Position numbers and translations under genes: made by a program. Shown in pieces: positions 26,859 to 36,080 of a stretch of DNA of 64,000 nucleotides (position 1 is the stretch's first letter; every line of letters starts with the position of its first letter). Origin of the DNA: a virus (taxonomy: Duplodnaviria; Caudoviricetes); the IMG/VR virus record IMGVR_UViG_3300033171_000001, positions 21,260-85,259 of that record; one strand, given 5' to 3'. The notes beneath the pieces are model-generated. The model did not search any database. It was not told where the DNA came from and saw nothing but the letters and a program-made list of their open reading frames with translations.

Positions 26859-29800
26859 ATACAGTTAAAGATAGTTCAAGTGCAAGAAACAAAGTCAAAG
26901 TTACTTGCATTGAGAATATATTTGATCCCCACAATAGCCAAAAGATAAAGGAGTTTGAACCAGGAAAGTCTATTGGTGAATTGGTTTGGAATTTCAATCC
27001 TGTTCTGCCTTCAGAAATGGAAATTGTTGTTTCTGTTGATGGTGTTGTTTTAGAATCAGATTGTGATGTAAAAACAGTTGTGCCAAAGAAGGGTTCATCT
27101 GTTGTATTTTCTGTTGTGCCTAAAGGCGGCGGTGGTGGAGGAAAGAACCCTCTAGCGATGGTTGCTATGCTTGCCGTTAGTATTATTGCCCCACAATTTG
27201 CTCCTGCTTGGGGCGCTACCTTCAGCACGCTTTATAGCACTATGGGGGTAGGTCTTCCGGCGGCATATACATTAGCTAATGTGATTACGGCTGCCGCGCC
27301 GATGATGCTTACCGCAGTAGGAGGTTTGCTAGTTAATTCTATATTTGGTGGCGCATCTTTACCTGATGCGGGTGGCCCCTCAATGGAAAATATATCCTCC
27401 ACACCAACTTACGGATGGGAACGCGATCCCAACCCACAAGAACAAGGTATAGTTGTTCCTGTATTATACGGTAGACATAGGGTAACCCCGCCTATTATTA
27501 ACTCCTTCATTACAAACAAAGATAATAATCAAATTTATAATGCTCTTTATTGTGTAGCCGATCATCCTGTTGATTTTATCGGCAACGAATATATCAATGA
27601 TAATCCTATTTATAATTACAATGAAGTAACTGTTTCAAAACGGTATGGTGGATTAAATCAAGGAATCATTCCTGCCTTTTCAGATGTTATATCAGATAAG
27701 GCCGTTGGATTTAAATTAACTACTGATTGGTCGCAAACTGAAACTTCTGGAAATGCTGTAGAGGGACTAGGTGTTGGTATTGTTATCCCTGGATTATACT
27801 ACGCCAATAATAGGGGAGGGCTTGATGCGCAAACAGTAACTTTAAACATCCAGTATAGGAAAAAAGATACCGTTGAATGGTTTTCCTTTAAAGAACCAAG
27901 GGACACTTATACTGAACGGATATTGAACAAAGCAAGATGGTCGGCTGGATATTACTACGAAGATAAGTGGGTTGAATTAGAGGCGGGGAGTACCGATGTT
28001 GATGAGCATGTAGAGGGGGAAAGGTATACTTCCGAGATAGGAATTAGTTATTGGCGGTATATCTCATATGTAAAAATAGTAAAGGGTAAACTAACCTCCG
28101 AATCACAACTAAAAGTTTATATAAAAACTTCTGCTATTACGGACGCATTGACTATAACCGGGGCTACCCAAGAAGAAATACGTAGAAATTTCGTCGTATA
28201 TAATATTCCTGCTGGACAATACGAAGTTCGGGCTAGGCTTGCGGAGGAGTTGGAAACAGGGACGCGGTATAGAAACGATACGTATTTTTCAACCATACAA
28301 GAAATAATCTATGATGACTTCACCTATCCTGGTACTTCATTATTTGGTTTAGAAGCCCTTGCTACAGATCAGCTTCAAGGCTCCGCTCCCACTGTTACCC
28401 TAGAAGTTGAGCGTACTTATGTTGATGTTTGGACCGGAAGTGAATATGAACAAAAGCCCGCAAATAACCCTGCGTGGGCTTGTTATGATATTCTCCATAA
28501 TCCTATTTACGGAGCGGGAGAACCGGCCTCTAGATTTATATTAGAGGATTTTGAGGAATGGGCCGATTATTGCGAAGAACAAGGATATTTTGTTAATATT
28601 TATATGGATGCAGCATCTAATACTCGTAGTATTCTTGATACTATTTCTTTGCTTGGAAACGGTGCTGTAGTTCACAAGGGGGCTAAGTATGGCATAATTA
28701 TTGATAAGGCCGAGCCTATTGCGGTTCAGCATTTCATGTACACCAAGGGGAATATGATCGAGAACACGTATTCCAACTCTTTTATTGACACAACTGAGAG
28801 AGCCAATGCTATTGAAGTTACTTATTTTGATAAAAATCTACAATATTCTAGGCAGATAATTGAGATTTATCAAGATGGTTACGACACGGAACAAACTACC
28901 ATCAATAAGACCAGCGTAACGCTTCTTGGTTGTACTGATAGAAACCAGGCAATCATGTTTGGTAAGCAATCTCTTCTTAGAAATAGATACTTAACGCAAA
29001 CTATTTCTTTTGAAGCCGGAGTTGATTCTATAGCTTGTTTTCCTGGTCAGGTTATTGAGGTCTCACATGATGTTCCGCAGTGGGGACTTTCTTCAGGAAG
29101 GCTATTAGGTAGTGAAACCAATACTGCTGTTCTCCCTGAAGAAGTAACTATGATTCCCGGTGAGTCTTACGCTATTCAGGTAAAGAAAAACGTAGATGAC
29201 ACAGTAGAGACAAAAGAAGTAATTCCGGTGAGTGTTGAGACTACTACGGATACTTTAAACTTAGTATCTGCGTGGGATGTACAACCGGAAAAGAATGATC
29301 TGTACGCCTTTGGTAAACTACATAATATAACAAAAAAATTCAGGGTTCTGTCTATAACCAGAGCCAACGATACTTTACAAAGAAAGATAACCGCTATCGA
29401 ATATATTCCAGAAATTTATAGCGGAGCTTTAGAACACCTTGATGAGATTATATTAGGGGAATCCAGTTTTGTAAATGATCTTCAAGCAAGAGAAGCATGG
29501 GTGTTTGCTAATGATGGAACAGGTAAGTCGGTAATTGATATAACGTGGGCAGGCAAGTCTTTCTCTTGGAATGTGTTTTTAAAGAAAAACACTACTCCCT
29601 GGGAAGTTGTTGGTACTTCTAACAAACCGTCCTTTAGAATTGATAGATCGTTTGTTGTAGGGGAAACATACCAAATATCTGTTAGTCCGTATAATTCTCC
29701 TGATTTAGATAAAACAAAAAGCATAACTATATTGGGAAAGGACGCCCCCCCTTCTAACGTATCTAATTTCAATACGGCAATAAAAGGTGTGCAGTTTATA

Positions 29801-30796
29801 CTAACATGGGATCACATTCCAGACATAGACTTATTAGATTATACAATTGTTGAAGGCATAGATTATAATAGAGGAAACATAATTGCATCTGGTATAACTG
29901 AAAATGAATTTAGATGGTCTCCTTCTGTATCTGGTACATATACCTTTTGGATTAAAGCACGGGATAGAACCTTTAACGAAAGTCTGTCGGCAACATCTAC
30001 GACTGGAACTCTTGATTTGGGAGATTCTTTAAATGTTATTGTTCAAAGGGAAGAAATACCGGATAACGTAGCAACGGCAGACTTATACAATCTTTGGTAT
30101 GACTCTGTAAATGAAGTTGTTTCATGGGTTCCTTGTTTAACTTTTGATGAACTATCGTCGTTGACGTTTGAAGATGAACCAATAGTTAGTTATCTTGCAT
30201 TTGATTTTAATAATGGAACTTACACAACAGATAGCATAGATTTAGGAGTAGTTAATCCTTTTACGCTCAGAATTAGAGTTGAAAAAGATGCTATTCTGAT
30301 TGACCCCTCGTTTGATGATTTTATTTACGGACGAACTTTTAGAACATTTCCATTGGATACGTTTGCGAATGTATCCTCACTTGCGAAATATAAAGTGTGG
30401 TATAGATACTCGGATGACAATAGCGTTTATTCAGATTGGATTGAATATACAAATATAGTTAATCTAAATACGCGGTACATACAAGTAAAAGCAGAGACAG
30501 ATATTAGTATCAAATCAACAAACTTTGATTTTACGTCGATACAAACAATACTGGATGTTGACGATAAGATTAAAAAAGTGTATAATCAGACAATATCCAG
30601 TACCGGGACAGAGTTTTTATTAAGTTCTATTCCTATTACTATTTTAAATTCATACAATGTAGGTGTTACGGTCTTAGGCAGCGGAGTTGCTTCTCATACG
30701 GTAGATATTCAATCAGATAGATTTACGGTATATATTTACGATGCTGCTGGTAATGGAATAGAAAGAACGGTAAATTTAGAAATATCAGGTTTTTAA
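26837..30796 (+). CDS. Central tail fibre / tip attachment protein (gpI-gpJ-like fusion)
   Basis: N-terminal gpI-like PKGGGGG plus hydrophobic segment, VPVLYG, NPAWACYD, FEAG..PGQVIEV, Fn3 region PPSNV. Confidence 0.85.
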   Translation: MERKQNLDTVKDSSSARNKVKVTCIENIFDPHNSQKIKEFEPGKSIGELVWNFNPVLPSEMEIVVSVDGVVLESDCDVKTVVPKKGSSVVFSVVPKGGGGGGKNPLAMVAMLAVSIIAPQFAPAWGATFSTLYSTMGVGLPAAYTLANVITAAAPMMLTAVGGLLVNSIFGGASLPDAGGPSMENISSTPTYGWERDPNPQEQGIVVPVLYGRHRVTPPIINSFITNKDNNQIYNALYCVADHPVDFIGNEYINDNPIYNYNEVTVSKRYGGLNQGIIPAFSDVISDKAVGFKLTTDWSQTETSGNAVEGLGVGIVIPGLYYANNRGGLDAQTVTLNIQYRKKDTVEWFSFKEPRDTYTERILNKARWSAGYYYEDKWVELEAGSTDVDEHVEGERYTSEIGISYWRYISYVKIVKGKLTSESQLKVYIKTSAITDALTITGATQEEIRRNFVVYNIPAGQYEVRARLAEELETGTRYRNDTYFSTIQEIIYDDFTYPGTSLFGLEALATDQLQGSAPTVTLEVERTYVDVWTGSEYEQKPANNPAWACYDILHNPIYGAGEPASRFILEDFEEWADYCEEQGYFVNIYMDAASNTRSILDTISLLGNGAVVHKGAKYGIIIDKAEPIAVQHFMYTKGNMIENTYSNSFIDTTERANAIEVTYFDKNLQYSRQIIEIYQDGYDTEQTTINKTSVTLLGCTDRNQAIMFGKQSLLRNRYLTQTISFEAGVDSIACFPGQVIEVSHDVPQWGLSSGRLLGSETNTAVLPEEVTMIPGESYAIQVKKNVDDTVETKEVIPVSVETTTDTLNLVSAWDVQPEKNDLYAFGKLHNITKKFRVLSITRANDTLQRKITAIEYIPEIYSGALEHLDEIILGESSFVNDLQAREAWVFANDGTGKSVIDITWAGKSFSWNVFLKKNTTPWEVVGTSNKPSFRIDRSFVVGETYQISVSPYNSPDLDKTKSITILGKDAPPSNVSNFNTAIKGVQFILTWDHIPDIDLLDYTIVEGIDYNRGNIIASGITENEFRWSPSVSGTYTFWIKARDRTFNESLSATSTTGTLDLGDSLNVIVQREEIPDNVATADLYNLWYDSVNEVVSWVPCLTFDELSSLTFEDEPIVSYLAFDFNNGTYTTDSIDLGVVNPFTLRIRVEKDAILIDPSFDDFIYGRTFRTFPLDTFANVSSLAKYKVWYRYSDDNSVYSDWIEYTNIVNLNTRYIQVKAETDISIKSTNFDFTSIQTILDVDDKIKKVYNQTISSTGTEFLLSSIPITILNSYNVGVTVLGSGVASHTVDIQSDRFTVYIYDAAGNGIERTVNLEISGF

Positions 30797-30812
30797 CGGA
30801 GGATTATATAAA

Positions 30813-32051
30813 ATGTCTCAAGTATTTACAGACATTCTGACAACCACTACGATGGGAACATTTCCGGGGTTGTTAAATGCAAACATGGACGCCATACGCT
30901 CTCAGTGGAGTGGTACATCGGCCCCAGGGAATCCGGTTATCGGGCAACCTTTTTATAATACAACAAACGACGCCATAACTGTTTGGGATGGAACATCGTG
31001 GAATGATATTGCATCAACGTCCCCGTCTCTATTGGCATTAACTGCTGAAATTGTTGCTGCCAGAGGAAGTGCCGCCACTCTTAACGCTAGGCTTAGTGTT
31101 GCTTTAAATGATGACGGCACGTTGAAGGGGGACGCCCCTGTTGGTGATTGGTGGATGACAGAGGCAGATGCGGTTTCTTTTGTTGATGCCGCTTCTTTTA
31201 CTGTTGAAGGAGATAAGACTGCCATTTATTTAGCAGATAGAGCCGTTTGGTTAGATCAAACAACCAATGCGTATGGTTATGTCGTGTCGTCTTCGTATAA
31301 CGCGGGGTCGGACTTAACGACTGTGGTTGTTTCTGATGTTACGGTAGATAGTGGGTTAACTGCTGTTGAATATGGGCAACCTCCCTTATCAGCTCCTAAT
31401 AGACTTAAAGAAGAAGATATCGGCGTGACTGTACAGCCTTATGGTGCTGATACAGTTGTTGCTCCGGGAGGCGTTCTCCCCACCTTGGACGGATCACAGT
31501 TGACCGGCCTTGACGCAGACGCAACTGTTTACGACAACACCACTAGCGGACTGATAGCGACCGACGTACAAGCTGCCATAGATGAAGTCGCGGGGGGCAG
31601 CGGGAGTAACGTCGTGCAGCAAAAGTTCATCGTTGACAACACGAAAGCGTCCACCTCTTCGGATGCGTATGTGTCAACCGGAGTGACTTTTTCGCTCGAC
31701 AATGATCTTTCTAACGCGGCAAACAAAGTTCGCATTCGTGTTTTTGCACACGGTGGGGGGGACTCGGTCAACATCCGACAAGAGGTTTCAATCTACGACG
31801 GGTCTGCGTATCTACACGGCGTGGAAACTTGTCTGGCAAGTGCCTTTATCGGAGGATCCTCCAGTACGGGTGCGCAACGCGGATTATTTACGGCAACCAT
31901 GGTTGCGGAAGATATTCCGGGAACGGTGACGCCTAAAACTTATGATATACATCATAAGTCCCCTGTCTCTGGTACTGTGACTTTCGGACGCAATCATAAC
32001 AACGATGCCACGGCCCCGACAGTAATAATCATCGAGGAGATTGCAGTATGA
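30813..32051 (+). CDS. Tail fibre / receptor-binding protein
   Basis: Follows the J-like gene; LPTLDGSQLTGL junction motif; GC-rich C-terminal domain. Confidence 0.75.
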   Translation: MSQVFTDILTTTTMGTFPGLLNANMDAIRSQWSGTSAPGNPVIGQPFYNTTNDAITVWDGTSWNDIASTSPSLLALTAEIVAARGSAATLNARLSVALNDDGTLKGDAPVGDWWMTEADAVSFVDAASFTVEGDKTAIYLADRAVWLDQTTNAYGYVVSSSYNAGSDLTTVVVSDVTVDSGLTAVEYGQPPLSAPNRLKEEDIGVTVQPYGADTVVAPGGVLPTLDGSQLTGLDADATVYDNTTSGLIATDVQAAIDEVAGGSGSNVVQQKFIVDNTKASTSSDAYVSTGVTFSLDNDLSNAANKVRIRVFAHGGGDSVNIRQEVSIYDGSAYLHGVETCLASAFIGGSSSTGAQRGLFTATMVAEDIPGTVTPKTYDIHHKSPVSGTVTFGRNHNNDATAPTVIIIEEIAV

Positions 32052-32395
32052 CAATAGAATGGGCACTACAACAACTGACCCCTGGCGCGGCGTGGTCTAT
32101 CATCGATGATCAACTGGTTTGGCATGATAAAAACATACCGCAGCCCACTCAGGCCGAAATTGACTCAAAGGTTTCAGAGTACGACACCATCATACAAAAA
32201 GAATCGGTCCGCGCCGAACGTGACCGGCGTATCGAGGCAATCATGTGGCGCGTCGAGAGGTATGAATCCGAGGTACGGCAGGGCATTACACCAATGGATG
32301 ATATTGCGGCTCTTGATGCCTACATACAAGCTCTTCGGGACGTGCCGTTACAAGAAGGTTTCCCCGAAGAGGTATTCTGGCCGATAGAACCTTAA
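32048..32395 (+). CDS. Tail fibre assembly chaperone
   Basis: W......P....I, then VRAERD..I, YIQALRDVPLQEGFPEEVFWP (Tfa-like). Confidence 0.75.
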   Translation: MTIEWALQQLTPGAAWSIIDDQLVWHDKNIPQPTQAEIDSKVSEYDTIIQKESVRAERDRRIEAIMWRVERYESEVRQGITPMDDIAALDAYIQALRDVPLQEGFPEEVFWPIEP

Positions 32396-32408
32396 TAGGA
32401 ACTGTATT

Positions 32409-32711
32409 GTGTCTAATAAAGTATTAAATAAAGTAATAGAAACATTATCCAAAATGTTTAAAGACGATTTAGGTAAACTATCGCAGATGCGTATTTTAAG
32501 CGCGTTTGCGATAGTGGTTCCTATCTTAGTCTGGACCGTTTATGTATTTGTAAATGGGTGGCAAGATTTTAACGAATCCTTTGCATTCCTTATTTTAGGT
32601 GCTTTAGGTAGTAAGGCCGCACAAAAATGGGCAGAAAGTAAGAATAGTAGTACGAAATCCAATACCGAAGTTCCCCCTGAACTTAATGCCCCATCTGATA
32701 AAAAGGAATAA
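32409..32711 (+). CDS. Holin
   Basis: Two hydrophobic segments, KLSQMR..S motif, charged tail; first gene of the lysis cassette. Confidence 0.6.
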   Translation: MSNKVLNKVIETLSKMFKDDLGKLSQMRILSAFAIVVPILVWTVYVFVNGWQDFNESFAFLILGALGSKAAQKWAESKNSSTKSNTEVPPELNAPSDKKE

Positions 32712-32716
32712 TATTT

Positions 32717-33136
32717 ATGTTTATTTTTTCAGCGTTCCTTTCATTTTTTGGGGGCAAGAAGCAAGGTGTAATTGTTATTCTACTAGGGATTGTTATTGCT
32801 TCCCTAGGCGTTCTCTATATGTGGGAAAAGACTTCTCATAGTAATACGAAAGTAGAACTTGCTAACAAAGTATCAGAACTATCTACTATAAAAAATATGA
32901 ATAAACAACTAGAACAGGATCAGGAAACAAAACAACTTGTTATTGATGGACTACAAAACCAAGTTGTTTCATATAAAAAAGACTTTGAAGAATATAGAAA
33001 GCAATATGATAAAATGCTTGAGATTTGCGAGAATACAAAAGAGATAGATAAAGAAGATTCTAAACTGAAAGTATTAGATGAGAAGTCAAATGAAGAATAT
33101 GTTAAAGCAATCAATTCTGTTCTTGGTTTTAACTAG
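32717..33136 (+). CDS. i-spanin (Rz-like)
   Basis: N-terminal TM helix followed by a periplasmic coiled coil. Confidence 0.7.
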   Translation: MFIFSAFLSFFGGKKQGVIVILLGIVIASLGVLYMWEKTSHSNTKVELANKVSELSTIKNMNKQLEQDQETKQLVIDGLQNQVVSYKKDFEEYRKQYDKMLEICENTKEIDKEDSKLKVLDEKSNEEYVKAINSVLGFN

Positions 33137-33407
33137 CCTACTCTTTATTAATGGGTGTTGGCCTAAAATAGTAGAACACACTATTACAGTAACTAGAGTT
33201 CCGGAACGAGTTGAGCCGCCCACTGATCCCAAGTATATCGAGTTGCCAGAAGATTCTCATTTAGGTTCAAAGAAATCTGCAATGATTATATGGAAGAATT
33301 TTCTTGAAGCGGAGAGGGCAAGAAAAGAAGCAAAAGCCGCCTTCTTTGCATATGATTCTCAAGTTAAAAAATTGATAGAAAAGGAAAATCATAACGATGA
33401 AAACTAA
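33099..33407 (+). CDS. o-spanin (Rz1-like lipoprotein)
   Basis: Signal peptide with lipobox-like LLFINGC, Pro-rich mature part, overlaps the i-spanin end. Confidence 0.7.
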   Translation: MLKQSILFLVLTSLLFINGCWPKIVEHTITVTRVPERVEPPTDPKYIELPEDSHLGSKKSAMIIWKNFLEAERARKEAKAAFFAYDSQVKKLIEKENHNDEN

Positions 33408-33825
33408 ACATTTCAATATAAAAGAATTAGTTAATCCGAATATTTATAAAAGATATGGGAACTCCTCGTGGAAATTCCTCAATCCTCTTATTTTGAACGT
33501 TATTGACACACTTAGGGAAGGTATGGGTTCTCCGATTATTATCAATAATTGGCAATGGGGCGGCAATTATCAGGATAGTGGTATGCGAGAAGTAGATTCT
33601 TCCATAGGAGCATTATATTCTATGCACAAGTTTGGTTGTGCGATGGATTTAAAATTCCCCGATTCCTCTGTTGATGTAGTTTACGATTACATTCTTGATA
33701 ATGAAGAATATTGGTATAGTATTGGTGTTAGGCGTTTGGAAAATATCAAACATACACCTACTTGGTTGCATATAGATTGCGCTAATACTCATATAGAAAA
33801 CAAAATCCACATATTCAATGTTTAA
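33397..33825 (+). CDS. Endolysin, peptidase M15-like
   Basis: R.......SMHKFGCAMD and WLHID Zn-ligand motifs. Confidence 0.85.
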   Translation: MKTKHFNIKELVNPNIYKRYGNSSWKFLNPLILNVIDTLREGMGSPIIINNWQWGGNYQDSGMREVDSSIGALYSMHKFGCAMDLKFPDSSVDVVYDYILDNEEYWYSIGVRRLENIKHTPTWLHIDCANTHIENKIHIFNV

Positions 33826-33850
33826 CAGATGTGGTAAAGGTAGGTGCGAC

Positions 33851-34042
33851 ATGGACCCTTTTGATATGTTAAAGGATAGTTTTGATAAACTATCTGAAAA
33901 GGTTTATACGTTGGTTGAAGATATTTCGGGAATAAAAGCGCAGCAAAAAATAATGTGGGCAGTGCTGATGCTTTTTATATCTGGGTCCGTTGGAACCTTT
34001 TTCTTCATCATTCATACGTTGATAAAGACTCACATGGGGTAG
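33851..34042 (+). CDS. Small coiled-coil plus TM protein (possible second holin or antiholin)
   Basis: N-terminal coiled coil and a C-terminal hydrophobic helix. Confidence 0.5.
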   Translation: MDPFDMLKDSFDKLSEKVYTLVEDISGIKAQQKIMWAVLMLFISGSVGTFFFIIHTLIKTHMG

Positions 34043-34047
34043 TTTAT

Positions 34048-34743
34048 ATGTTCGGCATATTCATTGACACAAAAAATAATTTGAAAAAGACCGCTGTTGA
34101 AATTGAAGAGGTAAGGCGTAATTTTGATCTTGCATTTAGTGAAGCAAAAAAACAGCGAGATGAACTTATAGCAACACAGAGTAGATTAGAGCAGGTCAAT
34201 GAAGAACTACTTCATGTAAATGAGATTCTTGCTTCAAATAACAAACTTATCGCAGACATGACACACGCTGCCGGTGGGTTAATTTGTAGAAAGGATAGTG
34301 AAGGAAGGTTTCTATTTGTAAATGAGTATCAATGTGTTCATTTCTTTCGTATGCCTAAAACCTGTATGCCAGATATTTTAGGCAAGACGGATATAGATAT
34401 AATAAATGAATATATAGAGACTACGGGCAAACAACACTCCTTTGGAGATATATGTATGTCTTCGGATGAGCATTGTAAAAAACAAAAGAAAAGATGCTTG
34501 TATGTTGAATTTGGAAACATAGATGGACAGCTTGTAATTCTTAAAATGATAAAGACCCCAATATTTAGGCCAGACGGACAAGACGATGGAGTTGTTTGTT
34601 TTGGTTGGGATATATCTGCTTTGTGCAACGGACTCATGGATGAATTGAACAAAGGAATATCTGAGGGAACGGTTGAGATTATTGATAAGTATGTGTATTG
34701 GATTAAAGATGAACATACTTGCAATCTACCTATTATAGTATAA
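34048..34743 (+). CDS. Coiled-coil plus PAS/PAC domain protein, no output domain
   Basis: GLICRKDSEGRFLFVN...ILGKTD..I...KTPIFRPDG..DGVVCFGWDIS is a PAS_4/PAC pattern; 9 Cys. Confidence 0.8.
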   Translation: MFGIFIDTKNNLKKTAVEIEEVRRNFDLAFSEAKKQRDELIATQSRLEQVNEELLHVNEILASNNKLIADMTHAAGGLICRKDSEGRFLFVNEYQCVHFFRMPKTCMPDILGKTDIDIINEYIETTGKQHSFGDICMSSDEHCKKQKKRCLYVEFGNIDGQLVILKMIKTPIFRPDGQDDGVVCFGWDISALCNGLMDELNKGISEGTVEIIDKYVYWIKDEHTCNLPIIV

Positions 34744-34884
34744 CAAAAAAGGTAATCTACGCCTATGTATTTAAACATATCTACAGAAACCGTTAAGATA
34801 TTCTGTTAAGATATTACTCCTTACAAATACCTGATATGATATAATGTTAATAAGAAAAGCAACCACCTAAAATGGAGAAATAAA

Positions 34885-35217
34885 ATGTCTAATTTTACTG
34901 TATATAGAGACACAGATGGTACCCTGACCTTTGAGGTTAGAAATACTGCTGGTTCTTTGATTGATTTATCTACGGCCACCGTAAAGATGGTAATTGGAAC
35001 TACTGCATATGCGTTTGTGGCAGTAAAGGACGGTGCGGGGCAAGATGGGACCGGAGATACTAATGCTTCTGTTATTTTTACTAACGACGATGCTATTTGG
35101 GGTACGTTGACAGGAGACACCTATACATACCAATTAAATGTTACCGATGTTGCTTCTAAGGTTACTATCCCGGTAGAAGGGCGACTAACCATCAAGAAGC
35201 AGATACCGCAATCCTAA
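34885..35217 (+). CDS. Ig-like / BppU-N-like virion accessory protein
   Basis: YRDTDGTL.FEV..IDLSTATV...G.YTYQL.V..T...G.L.I pattern. Confidence 0.5.
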   Translation: MSNFTVYRDTDGTLTFEVRNTAGSLIDLSTATVKMVIGTTAYAFVAVKDGAGQDGTGDTNASVIFTNDDAIWGTLTGDTYTYQLNVTDVASKVTIPVEGRLTIKKQIPQS

Positions 35218-35231
35218 TTATTGAACAATAA

Positions 35232-35259
35232 AAAGCCCCTCTCAAAAGAAAGGGGCTTT
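35232..35259. terminator. Bidirectional rho-independent terminator
   Basis: AAAGCCCCT/AGGGGCTTT stem flanked by A and T tracts at the junction of the converging blocks. Confidence 0.85.
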
Positions 35260-35264
35260 GTTTT

Positions 35265-35401
35265 TGGGCGGCTCCGCCGAGGACTTGAACCGCCGCACAT
35301 CGTCCTTGATGTCTAAAATACAAGGCTCATAGATGCGTTTTCTACACGCCTTCGGGCTTGCAAACCGTTCAGCGATATGTCCTCACCACCGGGAGCCGCC
35401 C
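35265..35401 (-). ncRNA. tRNA-like structured RNA candidate
   Basis: 10-bp terminal inverted repeat, 3' end GGAGCCGC-CCA, GGTTCAAGTCC T-loop motif, CGG-T-TTGCAAG-C-CCG anticodon-like arm, internal hairpins. Confidence 0.5.
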
Positions 35402-35411
35402 CACAATAAAA

Positions 35412-35597
35412 TTATTCGCCTTTAATTTTTGTCGAAACCTTGTCGATGTCGCATATCATTTCTACAGAGATAACAACGTCATCGGCGCAGTCGGCGGCGT
35501 CACGAATATCCACCGCAACGACATGAATCGTGTTAACTTCGCCTGAGGGACGCTTGCTTTTTACGCAATAGATTTGACCTTTTTCCATCTTTCTCAC
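35412..35597 (-). CDS. Hypothetical protein
   Basis: ORF with GAGG SD in the GC-rich patch. Confidence 0.5.
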   Translation of the reverse strand: MRKMEKGQIYCVKSKRPSGEVNTIHVVAVDIRDAADCADDVVISVEMICDIDKVSTKIKGE

Positions 35598-35608
35598 CTC
35601 ATGTTTCC

Positions 35609-36040
35609 CTATTTGTCATCATTCTGGCCGGTGGCCGCTTGCATCTGCCGATAGTAGTCCATGGCAACGGACTCATCGGCGTAGAATGACCGCAAGTTGG
35701 TGTGGAGCATTGCAGCCGCCTTCCTGAGGAATCCGCACTTCTTCTTGTCGGTGTTGAAGGCGGTGGCCCCGCCTGGCGCGGTCGCACTGGTGGACAGGAT
35801 GACCACCTGATCGTAGCCGTACTTTTCGGCAATGCGCTTGGCCTCGGAGATGGGGATTTCTTGCGCCAGCTCCTTTTCTAGGGCGACTCGGTTAGTTGTC
35901 TTCATATCGTCAAACGGACTGTACTCCTCGTAGCCATACCGCAGTATTTTTCCGATTGCCTGTTGAGCTTCGCCAAGCTCTTCAAGCATCAGGGCCAGTC
36001 TCTCATGTTCAGCTGGTGTCGGTTGATTAAAACCACTCAT
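35609..36040 (-). CDS. MazG-like N-terminal half fused to an unrelated domain
   Basis: LALMLEELGEAQQAIGKILRYG..EKELA lacks the usual following DV; continues as IPISEAKRIAEKYGYDQVVIL. Confidence 0.45.
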   Translation of the reverse strand: MSGFNQPTPAEHERLALMLEELGEAQQAIGKILRYGYEEYSPFDDMKTTNRVALEKELAQEIPISEAKRIAEKYGYDQVVILSTSATAPGGATAFNTDKKKCGFLRKAAAMLHTNLRSFYADESVAMDYYRQMQAATGQNDDK

Positions 36041-36080
36041 ATTGTCTCCTTTATTAATTTATTAAGATAGCGCATAGTAT

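Noticed and set aside
35265-35401. Canonical tRNA-Cys or tmRNA gene
   Set aside because: It is too long for a tRNA, the T-stem and anticodon stem have mismatches, and there is no tmRNA G3-U70 pair or tag ORF. It is kept only as a tRNA-like candidate.
30813-36040. Diversity-generating retroelement or invertible fibre switch involving the two GC-rich patches
   Set aside because: No reverse transcriptase, template/variable repeat pair, invertase or flanking inverted repeats were seen.
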